Assembly (NCBI GenBank): GCA_951406725.2
Contig: OX597819.1
Span: 91,760,001-91,824,000, forward strand
Direction of reading: 5' to 3'
Origin: Octopus vulgaris
Lineage: Eukaryota
DNA: 64,000 nucleotides
How positions within the stretch are numbered: the first letter of the stretch is position 1; each line of letters begins with the position of its first letter. Positions 1 through 11,853 of the stretch are shown here, in pieces. Both the position numbers and the translations under genes were made by a program. The notes beneath the pieces were generated by a model. It was not told where the DNA came from. It did no database searches and was given only the letters and a program-made list of their open reading frames with translations.

Positions 1-151
1 AAGTATGTATGTATGTATGTATGTATATATATATATATATACACACATACTCACACACACGCAGACATATATAAACTGATGATAATATATATTAGACCTT
101 GATCTTAGCCATAAGACTGTTGTGTGTGTGTGTATATATATACACATATAT

Positions 152-241
<90 letters not shown>

Positions 242-271
242 TATATACACACACACACATATATATATATA

Positions 272-493
272 CCCTGGGGTGGGGATGGAAATTTCCTGGC
301 TTTAAGAGTGTCGCGAAATGCCTGGTTGGTGACCCAACCTTATGAACTTTATCATAGGGCTTAGAAAACCCGAAGGACTGCTGCAATAAGTGTGTATGAA
401 TCTGAGAAGGGAATATGTTGAATAAAATCATAAGTTACCGATCCTCCCGTTTTTTCTTTATCCCGAAACCAGGAACTTTTCAGCATTCCCTCG
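272..493 (+). mobile_element. Mariner-derived non-autonomous element (MITE) retaining the transposase C-terminal tail
   Basis: Terminal inverted repeats (ggaaatttcctggcttt ... aaaccaggaacttttcagcattccctcg). The interior translates, with frameshifts, to [30 protein letters not shown], resembling the mariner C-terminal 'W.KC....G.YVE' motif. Second copy at 62509-62726. Confidence 0.75.
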
Positions 494-496
494 TGT

Positions 497-734
<238 letters not shown>

Positions 735-989
735 TTGTTTTAAGGACCAATTTACGTGTGCGGTGTGGCAATATTACCGGCGAATCGTGTCTGCAAACTA
801 ATTCGACTACCTCCATGGCTTGTTCGTTTTCTGCTAGAATTGCTCAGGGTGAAATATGCGAACACCAAAATCTCAATAGCCAACCACCTGTCTCTTTTGT
901 TCCTGTCGCATCAATTCTTCCCCTCCGCCCTCTCTGTTGCTAGCTCTTACGTCTTTCAGTCTCTTTCTTTTCTCTCTCGCTCTCAATCG

Positions 990-1010
990 TTATTTGTTTG
1001 TTTGTTTGTT

Positions 1011-1052
<42 letters not shown>

Positions 1053-1063
1053 TTTCTTCCTTC

Positions 1064-1102
<39 letters not shown>

Positions 1103-1346
1103 TCCTTTCTTTTCCTTTCCTTTCCTCTTACTCTGTGTTTATCTGTTTGTCCGCCCGTCGGCTTGTCTGTCAGTCTGTCCTCTTGTCTGTCAGTCAATTT
1201 GTTTGTCTGTCCGTCTGTCTGTCTCTGTCTCTGTCTCCGTCTCTCTCTCTCTCTCTCTCTCTCATCACATGCAAGCCCACACAACGCAATTCGATTCGTG
1301 CATACATACATACATACATACATACATACATACATACATACATACA

Positions 1347-1380
<34 letters not shown>

Positions 1381-1425
1381 CATACATACTCACACATATA
1401 CATATATACACATATATACACACAC
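990..1425. repeat. Compound (TTTC)n, (CTGT)n, (CT)n, (CATA)n microsatellites
   Basis: Directly visible. Confidence 0.9.
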
Positions 1426-1496
1426 AGCGAGGTCACCTCCAAAACTAAGAAGAAACGATAAATTTACTATCAAAATTATTTAATTTCCCTATCACA

Positions 1497-1542
<46 letters not shown>

Positions 1543-2284
1543 GTGTCTAGCGGTGGTCTAACCTTCGGCATGTCCTGTGCATGTGAACATTCTCCAGCAC
1601 TCTCTGTAAACCTGGGAGGGCCCGTATCTTTTTCTGCTGTCGTTAAGTAGGTTACTGGATTGGACTGGACTGGGGAAGATTACCGGAGTGGTTACCTGTT
1701 GTCTTCACCAGGCAGGTGGTATTTGAACTTAGAATGTAGAATGCCAAGAAGGTATTCCGTAAAAGCATTTTTGCCAACGTGCCAACGATTCCGCCACTCA
1801 TCTACTCGCACAGGCAGCGTGAAATGGAGTGCTTTGCTTAAGAATGCAACGCGTCATTCGGTCTGAGAATCGAACCCACGATCTGGCGATTCTAATAGTA
1901 GCACCCTAACCATTAGTCACGCTTCTACCCCCGCCATCCACATGTATATCTGACTGTACATACAAGATGTACTATGTAGACAAATATAGTTATGGCAAAT
2001 ACATACAACATATCTTCTTAATTTATTAAAATTATCTACGCTTCTATGAGTGAGTCACAATTATTAAACAACAATGGATACCGGATAAGAGGAGATTATC
2101 TCAAGAACTAAGAATTCTCCAAAGTTGACTTGCCCTTAAAGGAAAGGACTGGCTTATTGTCTGGAGATAAAAGGACAGCCATGGACTCATGTTTTTGCCT
2201 CAACAGATGCCATTGGCACAAGTGTCCTACCTTATCTTCTGTAGCCAAAGGCCTTCGTCATATACAAAAAAGATTGGACGCATT

Positions 2285-2332
<48 letters not shown>

Positions 2333-2344
2333 GTATGTATGTCA

Positions 2345-2819
2345 TTATTCAGTTTTATTTCAAAATTTCTTGCCAATAGAGACAGAGCCAGTTTCTAACC
2401 TAGATCCAAGGCTCGTTCACTGGAATTTCAGCTACAACAACAGGGTATTTTTGTATGTATGTATGTATGTATGTATGTATGTATGTATGTATGTATGTAT
2501 GTATGTATGTATGTATGTATGTATGTATGCATGTATGAATGTATCTATGTATGTATATGCGCAGATTTGTATATTTTGCTTTATGTATGTATTCTCATGC
2601 ATATAGTTGCATATCTAGACATGCTCATATATAATTAAATGATAAACTTCAGGAAAGCTTTACAGATTCTTACAGTAATGGCTTGGATCTGTAGTCTTGG
2701 AATCAGCTTTCTCCTTTCTGGTTTTGAGAAGCCTAATTTCTCAAGATAGGTATTTAGGCAATGTGTTACATATCCCAGTGCCTCAATAATTACAGGTATA
2801 TACCTGAACCTGTAATCTG
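2345..2819 (-). mobile_element. 5'-truncated RLE-type non-LTR retrotransposon 3' end (R4/Dong-like)
   Basis: Minus strand 2817->2635 reads DYRFRYIPVIIEALGYVTHCLNTYLEKLGFSKPERRKLIPRLQIQAITVRICKAFLKFII*, matching the 'IPVIIGALG...L..LG...Q..A' tail of restriction-like-endonuclease ORFs. A 3'UTR follows, ending ...aataaaactgaataatgacatacatac. The same 3' end recurs at 46151-46212. Confidence 0.7.
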
Positions 2820-2929
2820 TATGTATGTAATTATATATATATATTCACACACCCACACACCCACACCCACACAAGCACATACATACACACTCACACACAC
2901 ACATACACACAAACACACAAATACATAAC

Positions 2930-3148
2930 GATAGATATGGTTGGTCTATGGGGTTACCCTGGGTTTCATGTCCAGAAAGCGCCTAGCTTTACCGCGTTTC
3001 TTCCGACCACAAAACCTGTTGGCCTATAACCTCTCTAGCAGGTGGCCTCTCTAGAGGCCAACATGTTTAAGGTCTGAAGAACGCTATAAAGCTAATCGCC
3101 TTATGGATATGAAACCCAGGATAATGCCATCGATCGGCCATATCTATC
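2930..3148. mobile_element. Foldback (long imperfect palindrome) carrying hammerhead-like cores on both arms
   Basis: gatagatatggttggtctatgg... is the near reverse complement of ...ccatcgatcggccatatctatc. + arm: CTGAAGA (3074-3080) ... GAAA-CCCAGGATA. - arm: ggt-CGGAAGA ... GAA-ACCC-A-GGGT-A-acc. Confidence 0.65.
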
Positions 3149-3372
3149 TTTATCTAGTACGATTTACTGACGATATACATATATATACATATATATATAT
3201 TCCACCTCCATCTTTTTTATATAAAAAAATTTAATTTGTAAAAGTTGCTAACCTTTTTCCAACTTTATATACATATATATGCATGTATGTATGTATGTGT
3301 ATATATATGTTTATGTATGTTTGCATGTATATGTTTATGTATGTTGCATGTATGTTTGCATGTATGTATGTA

Positions 3373-3411
<39 letters not shown>

Positions 3412-3829
3412 AAAAGAAGCTGGTGATCCACTCCTCAGTAGCTGCTCAGTTTCCCACTTTATGCATATGTCGACAGAAACTGTAAGTAGCTATGTGTGCA
3501 TGTGCGCGCGCGCGCCTGAGTGCTGTGTACTATAGTGTATTACTGATTGATGACATGTGGAGGTAGCTAAGAGATAACACCTGTATATAATTATTTTCAA
3601 TTTGTCTAATGTATTTCTCTAACGCTGCACAGTTTTACAGTACAGCACGTCGTTGACTTATTTCTTATACATCATACAACTTTATACCCATTCACTATAC
3701 TGTTATATATACCCAATCATTATATATATCTGCACTCAATTACTATGCATCATATACAACTACTATATATATCACACTGCTCTATAATTAACCAGAAAAA
3801 AACAGATTGCAAACCAAACAAAAGTGTCT

Positions 3830-4045
3830 TTACGTGGTCGCTCGATTTGCTTGAGACAGCAGCCAAATATCGCACAAATCATATTCCATAGTCTTGGAGT
3901 AGAACCACATTAATTATGTAATCTTGGGTTCTTTGCACTTAGGAAGAAAATTTTAAAAAAATAAAGCGGACGGTCATGTCTGAAATACTTGTGATCTTAG
4001 ATCTGTCTGATCAGGTTTGGCCCAGGGCTAAACATCAACGACAAG
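3830..4045 (+). repeat. Old dispersed repeat family (unclassified)
   Basis: The motif gtggtcgctcgatttgct.gagacagcagccaaatatc.cacaaatcat recurs in diverged form at about 22820, 58510, 58785, 49610 and 42750, and reverse-complemented at about 10795, 14000, 19530 and 28800. Confidence 0.55.
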
Positions 4046-4196
4046 TTTAAACAACTGTGTAAAATCGTAGAAAGTGTATGGATCGTTCTAAGCATAGAGG
4101 GCCCACAAACACAGGGGTACACCCCTTTCTCCAGACTGATAGGCACGGTTGGTTGATTAGAGAATCGGAAGAGTCACTCAACACATTTTGTAGGAG

Positions 4197-4199
4197 TTA

Positions 4200-4263
<64 letters not shown>

Positions 4264-4264
4264 T
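4197..4264. repeat. (ATT)n microsatellite
   Basis: Directly visible. Confidence 0.95.
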
Positions 4265-4344
4265 AAAACAGTTTAATTCGGCTCCATGCGATTTAAAGTT
4301 TCGAAGGCATATTGCAAAAAAATTAAGTTGTATGGAACCGAATG

Positions 4345-4863
4345 GCAGTACCAGACAGTAGCTTTCATGACTTCTGATCTTAACTGATTGGAAGTGCTAT
4401 CACGTTCATTCTTGGTGTAAAAGATGGGCTACAGCAAATATTCTGCTCAATACCACACATTTGCTTATCAGTTGCTTGACCGTAACCAGTTGAGCATGTA
4501 CCTTAGTGGCTGATCATGAGCTGAAGTAGTGGGGGAGCATCATAGTCATGTGTTTAGAGGAATTCTTTGGAGTTTGAATAATTCGCCTCTGGAAACATGG
4601 GTATTTCGTTCAAAACCCTTAAACAACTCTTATTCAGGCACCTTTTGAGCGTGATGGGCTACACGACCTGAAAAAAAAAAAAAAATCTAACTGGGTCCCA
4701 TCTGCAAGGCTATGAGATCATCATGTCGCGCACATATGGTTGTGGTGCATGTGCCTGATGTACCCTTATCAGACGGGTAGTCATGATGGGTATACTGGGC
4801 TTCGTATATTTTACCCCAGTGTCACTATGTTGGCATGCACTGCTCTCTCACTCAATAATAATA
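4345..4863 (+). mobile_element. Probable retroposon 3' region ending in an (AAT)n tail
   Basis: Non-coding segment ending ...gcactgctctctcactcaataataatag. I recall it as an abundant octopus repeat, but it is single-copy here and unclassified. Confidence 0.4.
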
Positions 4864-4934
4864 GTACTTATTTTAAAGACCCCAATCAAAACAGGAAAGC
4901 GTTACTCATACAGTAAGTGAAAGTAGCATTGTTT

Positions 4935-5177
4935 GTTCCTTCTCGAGTCACGCCTGGCTCATAGGGCCGGTTTCCCGGTTTCCTTGGCGTATAGGTTCCC
5001 CACCTGGACGGGACGCCGGCGAAAGAGTCAGCAGAAGTTCTCCATTACCTTCTGCCGGAGCCGCGTGGAGCTTAGGTGTTTCGCTCATAAACACACACAT
5101 CGCCCGGTCTGAGATTCGAACCCGCACTACCTCGACCGCGAGTCCACTGCTCTAACCACTAGGCCATGGGCCTCCAC
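4935..5177 (-). mobile_element. tRNA-derived SINE, family A (OR-like head)
   Basis: Minus strand begins gtggaggcccatggcctagtggttagagcagtggactcgcggtcg...gggttcgaatctcagaccggg (Pol III A and B boxes); same head as the 24717, 52300, 56615 and 60660 copies. Confidence 0.8.
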
Positions 5178-5317
5178 TAAGTGAATGTAGCATGCTGTCA
5201 CAGAAAGAATACAAGAAAAGACATGACAATCTAGGGAGAGCAATCCACTAGGAGCTTTGTAGAAATCTAGGATTTAGACATACTGATAAATGGTCCCCTT
5301 GTGGATAGTAAAGAAAT

Positions 5318-5705
5318 AGGTATTTCGTCTGTCTTTACGTTTTGAGTTCAAATTCCGCCGTGGTCGACTTTGCCTTTCATCACTTCGGGGTCGATAAATT
5401 AAGTACCAGTTGCGTACTGGGGTCGATCTAATCGACTGGCCCCCTCCCCCAAAATTTCGGGCCTTGTGCCTAGAGTAGAAGAGAATATTTAAAGGCGGCG
5501 AGTTGGCAGAAATGTTAGCACGCCCGGCGAAATGCTTAGCGGTATTTCGTCTGTCTTTCCGTTTTGAGTTCAAATTCCGCCGATGTCGACTTTGCCTTTC
5601 ATCCTTTCGGGGTCGATAAATTAAGTACCAGTTGCGTACTGGGGTCGATCTAATTGACTGGCTCCCTCCTCCAAAATTTCGGGCCTTGTGCCTAGAGTAG
5701 AAAAG
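5318..5705 (+). mobile_element. Two tandem SINE family B copies (5318-5486 5'-truncated; 5494-5705 full)
   Basis: ggcggcgagttggcagaaa...gagttcaaattccgcc..gtcgactttgcctttcatcctttcggggtcgataaattaagtaccag; central part resembles the Meta/Sauria-type SINE domain; many copies in the window. Confidence 0.85.
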
Positions 5706-5957
5706 AGATTCTGTTTGTCTTGGTGGCTGTTTGGCAGAAACACCAAAATACCAGACATATTCGACAAGGTTGTTTGCTTTTTATCATCTTTCGTTTCCAT
5801 TTCAAATATTACCGGTATTTGAACACGACATTCTATCCTATCGAAGTCAAATATGTAAGTACCAAAGTAGCCACTAAATTCTGGTATCGATTCCATTGAC
5901 ATCAACGTTTCACTTGCAAACTATGGTCTTGTGCCAAAGTATGGAACCTCACTCTAC

Positions 5958-6031
5958 CTACCTACCACCACCACCAATATCACCACAACTACAAGCATCA
6001 ATCATCATCATCATCGTCGTCGTTGTCGTCG

Positions 6032-6066
<35 letters not shown>

Positions 6067-6232
6067 GTAGTCATAGTGATCCTCCTTCTCCTCCTCCTCG
6101 ACTTCTCTTCCTGCTCCTCTTCCCGCCATTTCGTCGTCGTCGTAGTCATCGTTGTTGACGTCATCATCATTATCATCGTCAACTCCGTTATCATCATCAT
6201 TATCATCATCATCATAATCAGCAGCAACATTA
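5958..6232. repeat. Compound (CAC)/(CAT)/(CGT)n trinucleotide repeats
   Basis: Directly visible. Confidence 0.9.
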
Positions 6233-6772
6233 TGTTTTCAAGTTTCACGTCAGTGACGACTGCATTACCAGATGCACATGTGGGCTCTCGAGATGCACGA
6301 GTGTTTGTATATATAAATATATGTGCGTGTGCATGTATATGTGTGTGTGTCTGCATGCATGTGTGTGTGTGTGCGTTTGTGTACGTCTGTGTGTTCACGT
6401 GCGCATGTATTTATAATTATGCTTTGGCAGGGTAAAAAGAAAGAATTTCTTCTTTTCTTTTGCGTTGTTGTAAAGTTTGTTTCATTGTTACATACGTTTC
6501 TTTTGAGTACTGCATCTGTTTATTTTATCGGGGCACGATATGTGTAACGCGAGTTCTCTTGTTCGCCGGTGTTTGTGGTTCGTATGTGCTGCCTAAGCTA
6601 TCTTTCGTATTTTAACGTCTGGTGGTGATTCTGTGAGATTGTGTGTGGGTTGTGTTATAATATATATATATATCACCCTCAACACTTCTAACATATATAT
6701 ATATATATATATCGCTATGCGCTCCGTGAGAGCAGTCATCTAAAAGTTTTTGTGAATCTTGATGTTGACATA

Positions 6773-6876
6773 AATTCCTTGTTTTTCCTGATGAGAAAGC
6801 GGCATAATGTACTCCTTATTCCTTCACAATTAGGAATATGCAGCCTTCGAAACATATGTCGAAAATAAAGGAAATT
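6773..6876 (+). ncRNA. Type I hammerhead ribozyme, canonical core
   Basis: Stem I aattccttgtttttc/gaaaataaaggaaatt; CTGATGA 6788-6794; stem II gaaagcggcata/tatgcagccttc (10 of 12 pairs) with inner attcct/aggaat hairpin; GAAA 6849-6852; stem III is the palindrome ACATATGT; GUC triplet, predicted cut after C6860. Confidence 0.85.
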
Positions 6877-7073
6877 TGTTAATTTGTCATTCTTTCATTT
6901 ATTCATAAATTTTATAAAAATACGCACAAATTTCCACACGAAAACACGTAGTCTCTGCCCTAGGCACGTAACTTCAACCGTATTATTTCTGATGTGAATT
7001 TGCTACCCAGGTATCGGTTAAACGAATTATCCATAAAAAGATATTTCATTTTTCTACTCAAATATATATATAT

Positions 7074-7392
7074 ATCACCATCATCATTGTTCGACCGTGG
7101 TCGAGACAATGGAATTTACTATGTTACGCCAGACTTCACGGTCCATCATAGCATTACGGAGGTCCTGTTGCTGGATGCCTGTATCCTTGAAGATTACATT
7201 AAGGTAGGAGAGTGTGCGCCCTCTGGTATCGCGAGCAGATGGCTTCCAGAGGGGAAGAGTAGAAATTACCTCGTTTTCAGCTCTACAACAATGCCCACCA
7301 AACTGAACTCTTCTACCTTTCACAAGAGATGATACAGGTGGTAGTTTCCCATATATTTGTACTTTGGTTGGATGCCGTTTCCACGAGAGATA
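7074..7392 (-). mobile_element. RTE-clade LINE 3' end (5'-truncated)
   Basis: SWKRHPTKVQIYGKLPPVSSLVKGRRVQFGGHCCRAENEVISTLPLWKP...RGRTLSY...DREVWRNIV...EQ* ('RR..GH..R ... DR..W' RTE C-terminus), followed by a short TGA-repeat tail. Confidence 0.85.
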
Positions 7393-7560
7393 TATGTTTG
7401 TGTGAGTGTGTACGTATGTAGAGGTTATGAACGCAGGAGGTTTATGTCTATGTATTGTGAGAATATGGTTGCGAGTATTTTTTAAATCTTTTTTCTTTTT
7501 TTTCTACCTATTAGAGTAACTTCTCTTTTATTCGACGTTAATTTTTATAGCGTCTGTCGC

Positions 7561-7624
7561 CATTAATAGCCTATGAGAATGTAAGGTCTTCGTTCCGACA
7601 TTCGAAACTCCGAGTACTATAATG
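7561..7624 (+). ncRNA. Hammerhead ribozyme-like motif, damaged core
   Basis: Stem I cattaatag/ctataatg; core CCTATGA (canonical CTGATGA); stem II gaatgt/acattc; GAA-ACTC-C-GAGT-A (GUA triplet). Confidence 0.65.
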
Positions 7625-7709
7625 ACAACCTTTTACTATTTGTCCTAAATCATAACCTATATAAATAACCCTCTATCTGCTATCAAGGTCTCATTCTTTT
7701 GTTGTTACT

Positions 7710-7793
<84 letters not shown>

Positions 7794-7883
7794 TAAGGAA
7801 AATTTTTTTTAAAAATGCAGAATGCTCAAATGAAAGAAAATTTTAATAAAATGAGAAATTGATAAAATATATAAATATATATT

Positions 7884-7924
7884 TATTCAACCGGTTTTCG
7901 TCATTGTATGACTTGTCAAGAATA
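7884..7924 (-). ncRNA. Minimal hammerhead-like motif, U3-A8 core variant
   Basis: Minus strand tattc-TTGACAA-gtcat-aca-atgac-GAAAA-CCGG-TT-gaata: stem I 5 bp, stem II 5 bp, palindromic stem III region, one extra A. Confidence 0.6.
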
Positions 7925-8154
7925 TTTATGTTTTAAGAAGTTTTTTTAAAAATTAGAAAGGGGAAAAAAAGAAAATTGCATTGTTTTTTGTAAAAGAATA
8001 ATGATAAAAATGTACAAAAATTAAAAAATAAGTTCTCCGATACATTGTGAGTTCGTTGTGTATCTTGAGTTTTATGGTTGTTTACGAAAAAATTACCTTG
8101 AGGTGTTAAGATCCAAAGGGATTAAGAGCATGTGTTGTGTTGTGTTGTTAAATT

Positions 8155-8189
<35 letters not shown>

Positions 8190-8193
<4 letters not shown>

Positions 8194-9528
8194 TGACAGA
8201 AATAAATAGATACCCTTATAATCATTAAGATTTATTTAAATCTGAAATTATACATTCAAATTATTTATTAATTATTATAATGTGAATATCTAATATTTAG
8301 TAGACATGCCCTTTGCATTTTTCAATGTAAGGATCCTATAAGGTATGCTACTGATCAGATGACGAATATTCTCTTGGGAATTTCTTGCCAGGTTTCATGA
8401 TCATCCTCATCACCATTTTCTTTCGCCGCCATCATCATCATTATCAACAAAGATCTGGCTTTTACGAAGTGTCCTGTCCATTATGCTCCAGAGGTGACTG
8501 GCTTGGCCATGGAAGTTAAGGCCATTCTTTTCCAACCAATCTTGGGTCCTTTTAGCGTGTGACAAGGAGCCTCATCTTCCATAAATAAAGTCTTCTGGAG
8601 AAGACTGGAAAGAGCCCTTTCTGCAATACGGGCACATATTTATCTGAGTTTATGTTTTCATCACACTTCACAAGCTCTGATTGATCATTGCTCCAAATTG
8701 CTCCCCAGACCATCACAGAATAGCTGCAGAGTTTCATTGTTGGTTGCAATCTTTTCATGTCAAATTCTTGATCACAGAGTCTTCAGACCCACACTCGACC
8801 ACTGTAAAAAAGTACAGCAAATCAGGACTTATCAGAGAATATGATAGCAGCTATTGGAAGGAATCTTTTCTGAATATGATAGTGTCCCGAAATGCTAGCA
8901 GCCATTGGAAGGAATCTTTTCTGCAATATGGACACATATTTATCTGAGTTTATGTTTCCATCACAATCCACTAGCTTTGACCATTGCTCCAAATTGCTCC
9001 CCAGACCATCAATATTTCTCCACTTGATATTGGCTGGTTGAAGAAGTGGCTTCCTTCTTGCTGCTCTGCCAGAGAAGCCAAGTTTGTGGAGATACCTGTC
9101 AGCTGTTCTGGGATTGACATCAACTTGTTCTGCTATGTCAGAGACCTTGCAATGAGGATAATCCTCCACACTTCTCTTAACAAAGTAAAGGGTTTTGTCA
9201 GAGGGCGCTGGTCGACCTGAGTAAGATGCCGTGGACTCCTTCCTCTCTCTGGTGAATTGCACAATCACTCTATTAACTGTAGAAAGCGGGATCCTAAGGT
9301 TTTCTACGATTTTACGCTGACTATGATCACTTTTATAATGACCCAGAATACGGCCTCCTTAAAATTCAGACAGTTCCAGGGCTTCTTTTGTATATAGCAT
9401 GATTGAACAATCACATATAGAACCTGAAACATAAAAATGTCCATTAATAAAAAATGTAAACCTTTTCAGGTTAAAATAAATATAAACAATGTTTTATCGG
9501 GCGTCTATTTACTTCTGTCATGTCTATG
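8190..9528 (-). mobile_element. Degenerate Tc1-family transposon with TIRs and disrupted transposase
   Basis: TIRs (atgacagaaataaatagataccc / gggcgtctatttacttctgtcat). Minus-strand remnants run from ATG 9400 (ELSEF*GGRILGHY...IPLSTVNRVI...SGRP...AARRKPLL) through SVMVWGAIW..NINSDKYV..EDEAPCH to AKGMSTKY* at 8290; stops, frameshifts and an internal duplication are present. Confidence 0.9.
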
Positions 9529-9895
9529 TATACACACATACGGAGGCTCTATTTAACCAATGTTTATTTGCTTCCATTACTGGCTGCATATTTTGGTGAA
9601 CTATATCGACCAACATTATGATGGGTCTCCGAGCCTCCAGAAACAGCATTTGGACTTATAACACCTTTCTTCCTCACTTTTAATTTTCTCTGTCGTTTGT
9701 ATTCTGTGTAAGTCTGATCTATTGATGCCCATTTATCTCTATATTTATACATAGATATTCATCTTCAATCTTCAATCTTTGCTTTCTTTCTGTTTGCGTG
9801 TACACACACACACACACACACACACGTTTATATATAAATTTTGTATATCAAGCTCAAACTGTTATATTTCAATTCTAATTTGTTTATCCGCATAA

Positions 9896-10100
9896 TCAAT
9901 CAATCAATCAATCAATGTATGTATGTATGTATGTATGTATGTATGTATGTATGTATGTATGTATGTATGTATGTATGTATGTTTGTATGTATGTATGTAT
10001 GTATGTATGTATGTATGTATGTATGTGTGTATGTATGTATGTATGTATGTTTGTATGTATGTATGTATGTATGTATGTATGTATGTATGTATGTATGTAT
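9896..10100. repeat. (AATC)n + (TATG)n microsatellite
   Basis: Directly visible. Confidence 0.95.
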
Positions 10101-10104
10101 CTAC

Positions 10105-10383
10105 AATTGCAGCGTGGAAGCTATTTAAAAAACACAAAAATAAAACCATTAGATCCACTTCAACATTTAAATTCAATTTGTGTCAAAATATTTCCGTCGC
10201 TTTGAAACCGCGACCTGTTCACTGACAAAATTTCGTGCTGCATTAACTTTTGTCAGTGAATGTGTCGCAGTTTCAAAGCGACGAAAATATTTTGACACAA
10301 ATAAAATTTAGATGTTGAAGTGAATCTAATGTTTTTATTTTTGTGTTTTTAAATGGCTTATAAACATCTTCCACGCTGCAATT
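10105..10383. mobile_element. Foldback/MITE-like long palindrome
   Basis: Arms of about 125 bp (aattgcagcgtggaag...ttcactgacaaaa / ttttgtcagtgaa...cttccacgctgcaatt) around a spacer of about 16 nt. Confidence 0.8.
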
Positions 10384-10637
10384 TTTTTTTGTTTCAGCAC
10401 ACGATCTCAGATCAAGCCACTTACTATGTAAGTACATCTCCGTAATTCATGCATACATACATACATACATACATACATACATACATACATACATGCATAC
10501 ATACATACCAAATTACCGGAGTCATTCTTGTTGCTTATTTTGATTATAATCACTCACGGATTTTTATGGATAACACCTTACAGAATTCTGGTGCATCTAA
10601 ATTAAGTACCATATTCATTTGAATCTAAATTTTTGCT

Positions 10638-10718
<81 letters not shown>

Positions 10719-11254
10719 CACACACATGCAAGCAAGCATATATCAAAATATGTATAGGACTATATTACTTGATATAACCTTCCGATTTGTTTTTAAAATG
10801 GCTAAAGTGTGATCTGACAAAAGCGTTTGCTGCTGTTTCTAGTAGGTCGAACGGCCACAAAGAAGAACACATCTTTTATATAAGTACGAATGACTCAATG
10901 TCTGTGTGTTTCTCTGCGAATGCATGTATGTATGTATGTATGTATGTATGTATGTATGTATGTATGTATGTATGTATGTATGTATGTATGTATGTATGTA
11001 TGTATGTATGTATGTGTGTATGTGTGTGTATGTGCGTGTATGTGTGTGTGTGTGTGTGTATGTGTGTGTGAGTGTGTTGAGGTATTTACTTGCGTGTGAG
11101 CACCACTGCAAATGTATGTTATCATGTGTGATACACTAAGCTGGCATCTGCTTGTGTAGGCTTGAATATGTATGATGAGGTGTGAGTGTTTATGTATTTG
11201 TTGCTTTTGGACTTGCACCATTTTACATTAAAAATTTAACGTACAAAATGTGCA

Positions 11255-11342
11255 ATGATGACGATGATGATTATGATGGTGGTGGTGGTAGTGCTGATGA
11301 TAGTGGTGATGGCGATAATAACGATGATGGGGATGTTGGAGA

Positions 11343-11376
<34 letters not shown>

Positions 11377-11455
11377 GATGACGATGATAATTATGATGAG
11401 GATGATGATGGTGATGATGATAGTGGTGATGATGGTGGTGGTAGTGGTAGTGGTA

Positions 11456-11505
<50 letters not shown>

Positions 11506-11661
11506 CAACATCATCACCGCTATCGCCATCACAACCACCTCAAAATCACCACAAACACAATTCACACCGCCATCACTAACACTACCGCGACTGTCACCAC
11601 CACCTTCACCATCACCTCCATCACCACCACCACCATGAACATCATCGTCACCATCTTCCTC

Positions 11662-11702
<41 letters not shown>

Positions 11703-11707
11703 CCACC

Positions 11708-11741
<34 letters not shown>

Positions 11742-11760
11742 TCATCATCACCATCATCAC

Positions 11761-11798
<38 letters not shown>

Positions 11799-11853
11799 CC
11801 ATCACCATCATCATCACCATCACCATCATCATCATCATCATCATCATCATCAT
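11255..11853. repeat. (GAT/GGT)n tract followed by complementary (CAT/CAC)n tract
   Basis: Directly visible; polarity switches at about 11505. Confidence 0.9.

Noticed and set aside
5318-5705. Regularly repeated segments as a CRISPR-like array
   Set aside because: Tandem SINE copies in eukaryotic DNA; no constant repeat/unique spacer pattern and no cas genes.
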